From Limisphaerales bacterium (GTDB lineage: Bacteria > Verrucomicrobiota > Verrucomicrobiia > Limisphaerales > SIBE01), in the NCBI GenBank assembly GCA_044225505.1, contig JBGAIN010000008.1, forward strand, positions 1 through 64,000: a stretch of DNA of 64,000 bases, given 5' to 3'. Position 1 is the stretch's first letter; each line of letters begins with the position of its first letter. Shown here piece after piece: positions 1 through 9,976 of the stretch. Made by a program: the position numbers and the translations under genes. The notes beneath the pieces are model-generated. The model worked only from the letters and a program-made list of their open reading frames with translations. It was not told the DNA's origin and did not search any database.

Positions 1-168
1 CGAACAACCAAGCATCTCTCCCTCAACCGTTTGCTCAAATCCGACCCCGATCGGTCTTAACGTCCTTGGCGCCAGGATTAATGAAGTTGGTGCCAAAACG
101 TCAAAATGTCACCACGCGAGGTCGCGATACTGCAGATAAGCCGTTCGAGATCGGACGCCGTAGAAGGT

Positions 169-333
169 GTCCAATGCCCACGCTCCAAAAGGCTGGAGCA
201 CTGCAAGACGCTGCCGCGCAGAGACTCAGCTGCGGCACTCCGACAGGTTTTGGAGTGCGGCGGCCGTCCGCCGCTGTTCTGGAAAGCGCAACCAATACGT
301 CGCCCAGGCGGAGGAGTAAGACCAAGAGCACGA
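169..333. repeat. REP-like dispersed intergenic repeat, copy A (homologous to 30784-30940)
   Basis: GTCCAATGCC, ACTGCAAGACGCTGCCGCGCA (200-220; 20/21 identical to 30815-30835), TTGGAG-GCGGC..CCGC and CGGAGGAG..GAGCAC occur in the same order in both places. Confidence 0.7.
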
Positions 334-539
334 TCAGCAGCAAGATCCAGAACGCCACCCATGCGCCCGTTCCGTGGTATGGAGGCCTGTGTCGCCACGG
401 CAAGTGGTTGTGGCAAAGCAAGAGGCCAATTTGGTAACGTTACAGAAAGCTTTTAGAGAGGATTTCCGGTCCCCATATTTGCCGCGACCAACGGTCGTCA
501 GCTCCGCGAGGTGATTCCTGGATTCGACCCACCAACGAA

Positions 540-560
540 TTGGGAACGGACCGTTCCCAA
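540..560. repeat. Perfect 10-bp inverted repeat TTGGGAACGG-A-CCGTTCCCAA; related copy at 31251-31273
   Basis: Palindrome read directly; CGGACCGTTCCCAAA is identical at 547-561 and 31259-31273. Confidence 0.6.
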
Positions 561-600
561 ACTATGCTTTGAAGGGGAGGAATTGCCGCACATCCTGTCC

Positions 601-3600
601 TCAATCCGCGCGTAAGCGGTAGTACCGTTGGGCCGTCGTGAGTGGTTCCGAATCCGTGAATTCAAAGGTGTGCTCTGACGCCGTCGCGCGCAGAATAACG
701 TCCCACGTTTCAAGATTCATCGACCGCTCCAGCGTGTAGGGTTGTCCTGTCGGCGCGCGCACACGCAGACGCACCACGCCCGTTCCTTTGTCAGCGACGT
801 CCAAGTCATCGATCCGAAGTATATCCCAACGCGCGCCTGTCTCGTCGACTTCCACTAACCCGGACGCGGGCAAGCCATCATAGAATCCAAAGTCGCCCGC
901 GATTAGAATGCGGCCGTCCTTTTTCATGACGAGAGCGGTGATCTCCACAGGATTCAGGGCCGAATACCGCATCAAGCCGTTACTCGTCGGCAGACTGTCG
1001 TAAAGAACTCGGCGCTGTCCGAGCGTCGCGCTTAACGCGGTCACCTTCTCGCGATTGTAGGAGCCGTCTGCTTCGATGGCAACAAGGCGTTCTTTCGCGC
1101 CGAGCCAAACACGTCCATCCCGAGTTTCAAGGACTGCATTGCCGCCGGTTGGTAGAAACGGATCCCTCCATTCCCACGGATTATTGCCAACCGGGCCTAT
1201 GTTTGCGGCGAACGTCGGATCTGGGCTACCGTCGGCATTCAGGAGGACCAGGGGTGGATCATAGGAGGCTCCATCCGGTGCGGAAAGGACGAGGATTTGT
1301 CCGTTTCGCTTCACGCACAAGGACTGCACAGGAAACGGGATGTATCCGCCCCAGACCCAATTGCGGGCGAGGTTGCTCTTGAACTCCCGATCGAGTCCGC
1401 CGTCCGGTTCCAATCGCACCACGGTGCTCTGATAGACATTGCGAAACGTCGTCGCCCGGCCGCCCATTAAGATATTGCCGTCGGGGAGTAACGCGAGGGC
1501 GGTAGCGTAAGCCGTTGCCACGGCTGGTTCGTTTAGAAATGTGCCGTGACCGAAAGAGCGATCTACACTGCCATCTGGGTTCAAACGCGCGATCCCAACT
1601 CGGACCAAGCCGTTCACACTGGTGAAGTGGCCACCGACCAAGATCCGGCCGTCGGGCAGCGGAAGAAGCGACTGCACGGGAGGGATTGACCATCCGGAAC
1701 TTGGGTAAGATGGGTAGTCCCGGGCAACGAACGCTGGGCTAATAAAGGTTGGATCGAATTGTCCGTCCGCATTTAACCGCAGGAGGCCCGGGAGAGAAAC
1801 GCCTTGGAGATTGGTGAATACGCCGGTGACCAGCACTTTCCCGTCCGCCTGGACTGCGACGCGTTCGACGGATGTTCCAGACTGGAACGGCGCGGTAAAG
1901 GTCGTATCAAGCTGCAGATCGGACATTAAACGGGCGACCGAAGTCCGTGGCTGACCATTGACTCTCGTAAATTGGCCGGCCAACAGAATGCGACCGTTAT
2001 CCTCGACAGCCAGGCTTTTGATGATCCCATCGACGCCCACGCCCGGTCGCTGAGACGTGTCGTTGTCGGTAATGGTTACGGTGGCGACCGTGGTTCGGTC
2101 CAAAACGGCACCACGCGTAGGATTTGACAGAACGACCTCAAAATTTCGGTCGCCATTGGCGACGCCGTCATCCAGAAGGCGAATGAAAATTGGGACTGGA
2201 GATGACCCCCAGTAAGTGAAGTCAGCCCTGCCGGCGAAGGAAACATAGTGTTCTCCTCCCTTGGCGGTCACGTCGCGTGTCGTGTAATCGACAGTTACCG
2301 GTGTCGCTTTCGTGCCGGTGAGCCGCACGTATAAGACCGCGACCCCTTCCGCTTCGCTAAATCGATAGGTGGATGATTCAAATTCAATTCCGTTCTCATC
2401 GTTGACGATCGTTCCCTCGATGTCGGCCTCGCCGGAGAGCGTCGCCCCTTGGGGCTCTGAAAGAATCAAGTCGAAGACTTCGTCCGGCTCGACTGTGGCG
2501 TCGTCGACGAGAGGAACATGGATTTGCTTCTGCCGCTCGCCGGGCAGAAACCGCAATTCTCCCGTTTGGGAAAGATAATCATCGGGCGATTTGGCGGTTC
2601 GAGGAGCTGTCCGATACTGAATCGATGCTGGGTCCGTCGCCGCACCGGTGCGATAAACATCAAAGACAATTTCACCGCCGGCCTCAGAAACCGGATTCGG
2701 GGCAATCGCGGGCAATTGAATGGTGGAAGGTTCGTTCGAAGGCTCGAGTTGAATTTCCTCCAATCGCCAGAATTGGAACCGGTCCGTGACTTCCAGAGCG
2801 TCGTAGCCGAAGTTAATCCAGAGAGAGTTCGCGTCGACTTTAACAAACTGCCGTACGGTCCGCCGATAGGGGATTTCATTCTCCACTAGGGTTGGTAAGT
2901 CTACTGTGAATCCGACATCTAAGTTGCCGTTCGGAAGCAAACGAACAAGCGACGGACGCCGGAGCCCACCCACAAATCCGAACTGGCCTCCGACCAGCAC
3001 GGAGCCGTCCGGGAGAGGGACGACATCAGTTAGCCAAACTCCTGAAGACCAACCGTTGGTCAATGGTTCAGGCCGGATTTCCGGGACGACGAAGCTCGGA
3101 TCGCGGGTACCATCAGGATTGAGTCGAACCAGGGCCGGATTCTCTGGCGTCGATTTTCCATCGACGCTCCGAATGGCCAGAATCTTGCCATCGGGCAACA
3201 GGCGGATGGGCCGGGCATAGAAAAGGGCGGCGGCGTTGAATTGGAAGGTGGGATCCCGCGACCCATCGGGAAACACGCGATAAAAGTCGTACCGATAGGT
3301 CCCGCCTTCCAGCGTGCTCACGGAAGCGAGGATTCTACCGTCCGGGTAAATCAAATGAATTTCGACTGATTGCGTCGACTCAAGCCCTACTTCCAAAGCA
3401 AACGACGATTCGACTTTGCCGTCGACTCCAAGCACGACGGCGTTCCTGTAGATTTGATCGGCGGCTTCGACGACAAAGCGTCCCGAAACGATTACACGGT
3501 TTCCAGGTAGCAGCTGGATGCTCGACAACCCAGCCACAGAGTTTGTATCTCGCCGTTGAAAAATCGGACGATGAAAGGTCAGATCGACGGTGCCATCGAG

Positions 3601-5607
3601 GTTCAAACGGTCCAACAAGATCGCATAGCTCCCGTCGGAGCTGCTGTATCCATCCCAAACGAAGATACGTCCATCCTCCATAAACCCGCCAATGAAAATG
3701 CACCGATCAGACCGAGGGGCCATGTTGAACGAGGGATCAATTGTGAAATCTGGGTTCAGCCGTTGGATAGTGGCGGTGTAGGTTCGTGGAGGTTCCCAAA
3801 GGCACCGCGTCTGATACCAGCGACCGTCCGGCGCCAGAGTCAGGCCGGTCGAGTAATCATCAGGAATATTCGGTTTGAACGCGGGGTTTTGGACGGCGAG
3901 AGTTTCCACGCCTGCGCTAGCCTGGATTCGAATCTGCATGACGTTCGGCTCGACCAGCGGCTCGCCGCCCGTGGCATCCCGCAGCATGGCCTCCAGAACG
4001 CGTTCACCCTCGTTCGAAGTGCGGGAGGTAAAAACCAGAGGCACGGCGACGGTCTGCGTCAACTCGCCGGGCTTAAAGACGACTCGAGTCGAGACTGGCT
4101 GGTAATCAATTCCAGCCTGAGCGGTCCCCTCCCGTGTCTCGAACCCAATGGAAGCTTCGGCGTTCCCGCTGCCCGTCCTTATGACGGTTACTTGAGCAAT
4201 CCCTGCATCCTGTCGCACAGAAACAGCGCGGGCAGCAAATGCCACCGTCCCGGGGAGACAACTTTCTTCCAATATCAATAGAGCAATCCCAGCCCGTGCC
4301 AATCCATTGACGGTTGTAAAGTTTCCAACAAGCAAGACCTTCGTCTGCGTTTCATTGAGTTGCAGGTCATAGACTGTTGTTGGTTCCTGAGATAAGCGCC
4401 CGGTAATCTGCAAATCCACCGGATAGCACACGTCCAGGTCGCGGTTCGCCAGCAACCGCGCGATGTGCGACCGGTCTTTTCCAAGCAGCTCGGTAAAGCC
4501 GCCACCGAGCATCCAGCGTCCGTCCGGCAATGACTGGACGGCGCCAATGGAGGATTCTGTTCCTAGAGCTAGGGAAGCCACGCGAGTTCCGTCAGACCTC
4601 AACTCATCAAGGAAAGAGCGCTCGGGTGCGTAGTCCTGGATATTGGCATCGTAGAGTGCCGTCACTAACACGTTTCCGTTGGAATTGAGCTTGCCGACAG
4701 TGTAGGTCCGACCCACGGGCAGCCGTTGTTCGAATTCTTTGTCCCGTTGCCCTGTCGGACTGAGTTTGCGCAGGGCACTATAGGGCAACAATTCATAAGG
4801 CTCCGGGAACGAAAAGTTGCCAAACGTTCCTCCCACAACATAGTGACCTGTTGGCAAAGGGAGGATCCATTCGACCGTATCATCGTAGCCCATCTGGCCG
4901 CGCGTATCGAAAGATTCGTCCAACGAGCTGTCTGTGTTCAAACGAGCGAACCGGAAGCCGGTCACTCCATTGACCTTGCCGAAGCGGCCCCCCACCAGGA
5001 TTTTGCCGTCTGACTGCAGGGAGAGAGCGTGGACCGTCTCCGGGGATCCTTCGTATTCGGGTTCGACGCTGGCGACGAACTCGGTATCGACACTGCCGTC
5101 ACTGTTTAACCGCGCCAAGTGGCGACAAGGCACGCCGTCGAAACTGGTGAAATCGCCCCCGATCACGATCTTGCCATCGCTTTGGAGAACGACTGCGCGA
5201 ACAGTCGGAGTTAAGGCCCACCATACCGTAGGCCCGTCGGAACCGGTGCCTGGATCGAACGAGGGGTCGATAGCGCCGTTCTCCTGCAAGCGCGCAATCC
5301 CTCGACGGGATATTCCATTAAAATTGGTGAAAGCTCCCACTACGATCAGTTTGCCATCCGGCTGAAATACCGCCTTGAATACGGGCCCATCGGCGCCCGT
5401 TCCAGGATCGAAGGAGAGATCAAGTGAACCGTTCGTTTCGCCCCGCCCCCTGAATAGCCAACATGCCAAAACGACAAGGCGGATGGATCTCCAAACGACA
5501 GCGTGGGATTTCACGCCTGAAGCAATAGCAGAGTCGGTGCCAACTGTCTTTGTCGTCCGCCTGCCTTCCTGGATGGGATCGGATGTCGGTGAGGTCGACC
5601 GACCCAC
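601..5607 (-). CDS. Large exported protein with delta-60 (DUF5122-like) beta-propeller repeats and three Calx-beta domains; start may be GTG at 5514
   Basis: 1668-aa ORF with many 'LQxDGKIxxGGxFTxxNGxxRxxxARLNxDGSxDxxF' repeats; Calx-beta-like segments (TAQAGIDY...FKPGE, TAKSPDDY...FLPGE, TAKGGEHY); C-terminal YTLERSMNLETW...RYYRL module. Confidence 0.85.
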   Translation of the reverse strand: MGRSTSPTSDPIQEGRRTTKTVGTDSAIASGVKSHAVVWRSIRLVVLACWLFRGRGETNGSLDLSFDPGTGADGPVFKAVFQPDGKLIVVGAFTNFNGISRRGIARLQENGAIDPSFDPGTGSDGPTVWWALTPTVRAVVLQSDGKIVIGGDFTSFDGVPCRHLARLNSDGSVDTEFVASVEPEYEGSPETVHALSLQSDGKILVGGRFGKVNGVTGFRFARLNTDSSLDESFDTRGQMGYDDTVEWILPLPTGHYVVGGTFGNFSFPEPYELLPYSALRKLSPTGQRDKEFEQRLPVGRTYTVGKLNSNGNVLVTALYDANIQDYAPERSFLDELRSDGTRVASLALGTESSIGAVQSLPDGRWMLGGGFTELLGKDRSHIARLLANRDLDVCYPVDLQITGRLSQEPTTVYDLQLNETQTKVLLVGNFTTVNGLARAGIALLILEESCLPGTVAFAARAVSVRQDAGIAQVTVIRTGSGNAEASIGFETREGTAQAGIDYQPVSTRVVFKPGELTQTVAVPLVFTSRTSNEGERVLEAMLRDATGGEPLVEPNVMQIRIQASAGVETLAVQNPAFKPNIPDDYSTGLTLAPDGRWYQTRCLWEPPRTYTATIQRLNPDFTIDPSFNMAPRSDRCIFIGGFMEDGRIFVWDGYSSSDGSYAILLDRLNLDGTVDLTFHRPIFQRRDTNSVAGLSSIQLLPGNRVIVSGRFVVEAADQIYRNAVVLGVDGKVESSFALEVGLESTQSVEIHLIYPDGRILASVSTLEGGTYRYDFYRVFPDGSRDPTFQFNAAALFYARPIRLLPDGKILAIRSVDGKSTPENPALVRLNPDGTRDPSFVVPEIRPEPLTNGWSSGVWLTDVVPLPDGSVLVGGQFGFVGGLRRPSLVRLLPNGNLDVGFTVDLPTLVENEIPYRRTVRQFVKVDANSLWINFGYDALEVTDRFQFWRLEEIQLEPSNEPSTIQLPAIAPNPVSEAGGEIVFDVYRTGAATDPASIQYRTAPRTAKSPDDYLSQTGELRFLPGERQKQIHVPLVDDATVEPDEVFDLILSEPQGATLSGEADIEGTIVNDENGIEFESSTYRFSEAEGVAVLYVRLTGTKATPVTVDYTTRDVTAKGGEHYVSFAGRADFTYWGSSPVPIFIRLLDDGVANGDRNFEVVLSNPTRGAVLDRTTVATVTITDNDTSQRPGVGVDGIIKSLAVEDNGRILLAGQFTRVNGQPRTSVARLMSDLQLDTTFTAPFQSGTSVERVAVQADGKVLVTGVFTNLQGVSLPGLLRLNADGQFDPTFISPAFVARDYPSYPSSGWSIPPVQSLLPLPDGRILVGGHFTSVNGLVRVGIARLNPDGSVDRSFGHGTFLNEPAVATAYATALALLPDGNILMGGRATTFRNVYQSTVVRLEPDGGLDREFKSNLARNWVWGGYIPFPVQSLCVKRNGQILVLSAPDGASYDPPLVLLNADGSPDPTFAANIGPVGNNPWEWRDPFLPTGGNAVLETRDGRVWLGAKERLVAIEADGSYNREKVTALSATLGQRRVLYDSLPTSNGLMRYSALNPVEITALVMKKDGRILIAGDFGFYDGLPASGLVEVDETGARWDILRIDDLDVADKGTGVVRLRVRAPTGQPYTLERSMNLETWDVILRATASEHTFEFTDSEPLTTAQRYYRLRAD

Positions 5608-5705
5608 CTGCCGCGGAGCGCGGCTATAGCGAGTCCGACGAGTCTAGCCGCCCGAACCAAGGGCGGTAAATTGGTTTCGGGCCCAGCTGGAACCCCGGCT
5701 ATTCA

Positions 5706-8429
5706 TCACGGCTTGCCTGTCTCTTTGCCACCTTGCTTCAAAATGCTCTCCATCTCGTCGTCGTCGTCCATGGGAATCGACGGAAGCATCCTGGCTTTGC
5801 CATAGTCCGGGTCTTTGGGGTCCTTGGCTTTCTCCGGGTCAAACAGGCGCGGGTCGATCGGGCGGGCGGTGAACGGGGTAAAGTCCGGAGTCGTTGTAAA
5901 ACAGTCCGAGAAATCGTTGGCGAGCGCGTCGAACAGGTTCAGGCTGGGTAAGCCGAAGATCTGGTAGAAAGTTCGGTGCACGCTGACGATGGTGGTGTGG
6001 CGATGCGAAACGTAACCGCGTTTTACCCAAGGACCGATGGCCAGGAGCACGCTTCGTTGGGCATCGACATGATCGGGCTCTCCGCCAGAGTCGTCCTCCG
6101 TCACGAAAATGGCCATGTTCTTCCAGTAAGGCGTGTGCGAGAGGAACTCCACAATGCGGCCGAGCGCGAGGTCATTGTCGGCCATCCAGGAAGCCACGTA
6201 CGGATAACCGCGTTCTGGCTTAGGCCCGGTGCCGTGGTCGTTGCAGATCGCGATATTGATAAACGCCGGGAACGGTTGCTTTCCTTTGATGAACTTCTCC
6301 TCCACATCTTTCATGAACCAATGAGCGCGGTATTGGTCGGGGATATTCATGTTGAAAATGGGGAATTCAAAGCAGGTGTTGTCGTAAAGCGCCTTTGGCA
6401 TCGGAACATTGACCACCTCGCGGGCGCCCGTGGGAGCTTCGTCCTTCTCTTCCAGGACACCTGGAAACTCGAAACCCTCGCCGTAATTTCGGAAGGAAAT
6501 GCCAAAGCGGGCCAGGTGTTCCCACATCGAACCGGCTTCGGGATAATCTTCGGGAATGAGCGAACCGTTGGAGCCCATGGAGTAGCGGCGGCCTGGGGCG
6601 GTGCTGTTCAGTTTAAAGGACCAACCGACACTATAGGTCAGTTGCATGAGATTATTCGGTTGCACCCCGACCAACCAACGATGGCCTACGCCCGATGCCT
6701 CCGGTTCGACGTAGAAGTTGTCGCTGACCGTCCACTGCCTGGCGAGGGCATTGTGATTCACCATCACACCGACGTCTTCCAAGGTGGGCTGTCCTTCCTG
6801 CTGCAAGCGCTGGTGCAATCCCCAGCGCAAGAGGGACGGGTCGTGCTTGGCTCCGGGGATACGGTCGAAGATCGTGTCATAGGTATGGTTTTCTTTGGTA
6901 ATGAAAACCACATTCTTAATCTGCTTTGAAACTTCGCCGGGCACGGTCGGGATCACGGGCGAGGCCATGGCTGCGCGGTCTTCCGAGCGATCTTCAATGC
7001 CATTATCGTGCAAGACCCGGTCCGTGAGCTTGGACAACGTTTCGCCCGACGGCACATCCAAAATCGACAGCGAACCCCGCATTCCCAAGAACGGACTCTT
7101 CGGAATATCCTTGCCGGCATTCGGACCATTGCCGAAACCGCGCAGGCAAATGCAGGCGAGCTTCCGGCCATCTTTGGAAACGGCTACACGATAGGGATAC
7201 CAGGCGGTTGGGATATGGCCGAGGATCTCGAGCGAATCGGCATCGAGAACCCCGATCGCGTTGATGCCAAGTTCCGCGACGTAAAGACGGTCGCTATCGG
7301 GCGAGAGCGCCATGCCTGACGGGCTGACTCCGCGCAAGGCTCCCACCAACGGCGAGGGGGTAAGGCGCTGCCATTCAGCGATATTGCCGCTGCCGAGGTC
7401 GATCCTCTCGACAAGGTCATTGTTGCCATTCGAGACAAAGAGGCTCTCGCCCGACGCGGTAAGAAAGTTGGGGGCGCTTCCGCCCACCGTTTTGCCATTG
7501 TCGCTCGGGGCGCCGACGAGCAACCCGGTCTTCAAACGGCTCCGCACCCGAGGCTGAAGTGGGTCGCTCACGTCGACGGTCCATACGGAGAAGGATTCCG
7601 GAACGTTTGGTTCCCCAAGGCCTGGGATTCGCCGGCCCTCAAACTCCACGCCATCCCGCGCTTCGTTGGAGGGATAGCCAAAGGGCGGGCGAGTGAGACC
7701 TCGTTTGTCAAAATCGCCCTTGGGCGGCGGTACGGGTTGATATTCGAACAAGCCTATATTGGCGACATGCACGCGCTGCCCCGTGACACAGAGGCCATAC
7801 GGATAACGTCCGACCGGGACACTGCCGATGACCTTGCGTTCGACGACGTCGATGATCGCGAGGCGAAAGTTCGTAACGTCCGCGCAGTAGAGATACCGAC
7901 CGTCATCGCTGATCTGAAGGTCATTGATGTAGCTGTCCTCGAACTTTCTCCCGCTGATCTCCGTGTTGAGTGAGATCTGGGTCTCCACTTTAACGGCTGA
8001 GATGGAAATGACCCGAACTTCGCCCGATTCACCGGCGCTCCAGTAAAGAGTCTGCCCATCCGGAGAGAACGCGGCGGCGGCTGTCGTGGAGCGTTGCTTG
8101 CCAGTTTCGAACCCAAGCTTCAACTCTTCCACGGTCGGGTTCGGGCCGGTCCAATCCTTCACGATCTGGCCAACGCGATCACTCGCGATAAAAAGCGTTT
8201 TCCCGTCGCGTGATTGAATGAGGCCGTACGGCCAGCGAGCGAGCGGCCAGTGGCGCCCTTCGGGTTGAAGATAGCGGCCGTTGGAAAGAATGGTCCGGCC
8301 GGCAGGGTCGTGCCGAGCGTAAGTATCGACCGAGGGAGCATGCAGGTAGGGGGCAGCAGCGATAGCCGGAATCCAAGCGAGAGCGGCCCAACTGCTCAAC
8401 CGGAGGAGGAGATACGTCATGAACTTCAT
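5706..8429 (-). CDS. Secreted YncE-type beta-propeller / phosphoesterase (alkaline phosphatase superfamily) fusion
   Basis: Signal peptide; YVTN-like repeats (VPVGRYPYGL, IPTAWYPY); phosphoesterase motifs KENHTYD, SDNFY, CNDH, ADNDLALG, EDD...DHVDAQRS. Confidence 0.85.
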   Translation of the reverse strand: MKFMTYLLLRLSSWAALAWIPAIAAAPYLHAPSVDTYARHDPAGRTILSNGRYLQPEGRHWPLARWPYGLIQSRDGKTLFIASDRVGQIVKDWTGPNPTVEELKLGFETGKQRSTTAAAAFSPDGQTLYWSAGESGEVRVISISAVKVETQISLNTEISGRKFEDSYINDLQISDDGRYLYCADVTNFRLAIIDVVERKVIGSVPVGRYPYGLCVTGQRVHVANIGLFEYQPVPPPKGDFDKRGLTRPPFGYPSNEARDGVEFEGRRIPGLGEPNVPESFSVWTVDVSDPLQPRVRSRLKTGLLVGAPSDNGKTVGGSAPNFLTASGESLFVSNGNNDLVERIDLGSGNIAEWQRLTPSPLVGALRGVSPSGMALSPDSDRLYVAELGINAIGVLDADSLEILGHIPTAWYPYRVAVSKDGRKLACICLRGFGNGPNAGKDIPKSPFLGMRGSLSILDVPSGETLSKLTDRVLHDNGIEDRSEDRAAMASPVIPTVPGEVSKQIKNVVFITKENHTYDTIFDRIPGAKHDPSLLRWGLHQRLQQEGQPTLEDVGVMVNHNALARQWTVSDNFYVEPEASGVGHRWLVGVQPNNLMQLTYSVGWSFKLNSTAPGRRYSMGSNGSLIPEDYPEAGSMWEHLARFGISFRNYGEGFEFPGVLEEKDEAPTGAREVVNVPMPKALYDNTCFEFPIFNMNIPDQYRAHWFMKDVEEKFIKGKQPFPAFINIAICNDHGTGPKPERGYPYVASWMADNDLALGRIVEFLSHTPYWKNMAIFVTEDDSGGEPDHVDAQRSVLLAIGPWVKRGYVSHRHTTIVSVHRTFYQIFGLPSLNLFDALANDFSDCFTTTPDFTPFTARPIDPRLFDPEKAKDPKDPDYGKARMLPSIPMDDDDEMESILKQGGKETGKP

Positions 8430-8758
8430 AAGACCTGGACGGAGTTAACACTATTCTCGGCCATCATGCACGTTACGTCTTCGTGGCTCGGCTGGAGTCG
8501 CAGATATTAAGGCATACGGCACTCTTGACCGCTGCCCGCACTTACCTGCGGAATAATGACCTTCGAATCGTTATTCGGCTCAAGGAACGCGGACTTCCAG
8601 TCCGCCGGAGCCACGAAGGCTGGAAGGTGTTTCGAAAAACCGATGCTTGCTCGCCACCCGACCGTTCCGGCAGCTTCAGCCGCGCCGTCGTTCTAGAAAC
8701 ACTCCAAACGCCGGAGGTCAGCATTGTCTGTCCGTCAGGTAAACGCCATATTCCAAAG

Positions 8759-9895
8759 ATGCGAAACGCGGATGTGGCGGTCATCGGTGCGGGAATTGTG
8801 GGACTGGCTTTCGCCTATGCTTACGCCAAGCGCGGGAAAAGAGTGGTCCTGCTGGAACGGAGCGATATGGCGGTGGGTGCCTCGGTCCGTAACTTCGGAC
8901 TCGTTTGGCCGATCGGCCAAAAGGCTGGCCCAGTTGCGGAACGCGCGATGCGTTCCGCGGCCTTGTGGCAAGAAGTGATTGACCGGGCACGCTTGTGGCA
9001 TTCTCCCACGGGATCCTTGCACCTCGCCTATGCGGATGACGAGTTCGCTGTCCTGAACGAGTATCTCGATTCGCAGACTGAGAAATACGGGCGGCAGCTC
9101 CTTACCCCGGAACAGGTCCGGGCGCGCAGTTCCTACGCGTCCATCAAAGGCCTGGTGGGCGGGCTCTGGAGTCCCACCGAGAGAATGGTCGATTCGCGCC
9201 AGGCGATTCGTGCGATTCCCGGAATGCTGCGCGAACAATTCCAGGTCGAGCTTTGCTTTGGGGCCACCGTGCTGGAGATCGATTTGCCCCAGATCCGCAC
9301 CACGGACGGAACGGTGTGGCGCGTCGCGGAAGCGGTCGTGTGTTCTGGGACCGATTTCGAAACGCTCTATCCAGGATGGTTTCGGGCAAGCGGTCTTGCC
9401 CGTTGCAAGCTGCAGATGATGCGAACGACTCCGGTCGCCGGAAAGATTCTGCTAGAACCGGCGCTTTGCAGTGGATTAACGCTGCAGCATTACGATTGCT
9501 TCGCCGAATGCCCTTCCCTTCCTGCGTTGCGTCGCCGGCTGCAAGTCGAGTTGCCGTTTCATTGCGAGCACGGGATTCACGTCTTGATCTCGCAGACACC
9601 GCGCGGGGAATTCACGGTTGGCGATTCCCACACCTACGGGCCGACGCCGGAGCCGTTTGACCGCGAGGATATCTATGTGGCCATCTTGGAGTATCTGCAG
9701 CGGTTCACGAACTTGCCCCCGTCGTCGATCGCGGAACGATGGCATGGCGTTTACGCCAAGCGCCCGGGTGGCACGGAATGGATGGTGCAACCGGCCGAAG
9801 GCGTTCGCGTGGTGACGGGACTGGGAGGATCTGGCATGACACTCGCCTTCGGGCTGGCGGAAGAAGTGGTCAGCGGCACGTATTCGGAGCGTTGA
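8759..9895 (+). CDS. FAD-dependent oxidoreductase, TIGR03364 (phosphonate catabolism-associated)-like
   Basis: GAGIVG Rossmann motif, GASVRNFGLVWPIGQ, CKLQMMR, HGIHVL, GDSH, WHGVY, GLGGSGMT; ATG at 8759 chosen as start. Confidence 0.85.
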   Translation: MRNADVAVIGAGIVGLAFAYAYAKRGKRVVLLERSDMAVGASVRNFGLVWPIGQKAGPVAERAMRSAALWQEVIDRARLWHSPTGSLHLAYADDEFAVLNEYLDSQTEKYGRQLLTPEQVRARSSYASIKGLVGGLWSPTERMVDSRQAIRAIPGMLREQFQVELCFGATVLEIDLPQIRTTDGTVWRVAEAVVCSGTDFETLYPGWFRASGLARCKLQMMRTTPVAGKILLEPALCSGLTLQHYDCFAECPSLPALRRRLQVELPFHCEHGIHVLISQTPRGEFTVGDSHTYGPTPEPFDREDIYVAILEYLQRFTNLPPSSIAERWHGVYAKRPGGTEWMVQPAEGVRVVTGLGGSGMTLAFGLAEEVVSGTYSER

Positions 9896-9976
9896 ACCGG
9901 CGGGGCGCGGGTAGGAATCTGGATCGAACTCAGGCTTACTGCCGCGGCGCTGAGCGACTGTTTGAACAGCGACGGC

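Noticed and set aside
66..456. Overlapping short ORFs on both strands
   Set aside because: They lie over REP-like repeat DNA and have no protein motifs
8483..8758. 92-aa N-terminal extension of the FAD oxidoreductase
   Set aside because: The Rossmann motif starts right after ATG 8759; the extension is most likely open intergenic sequence
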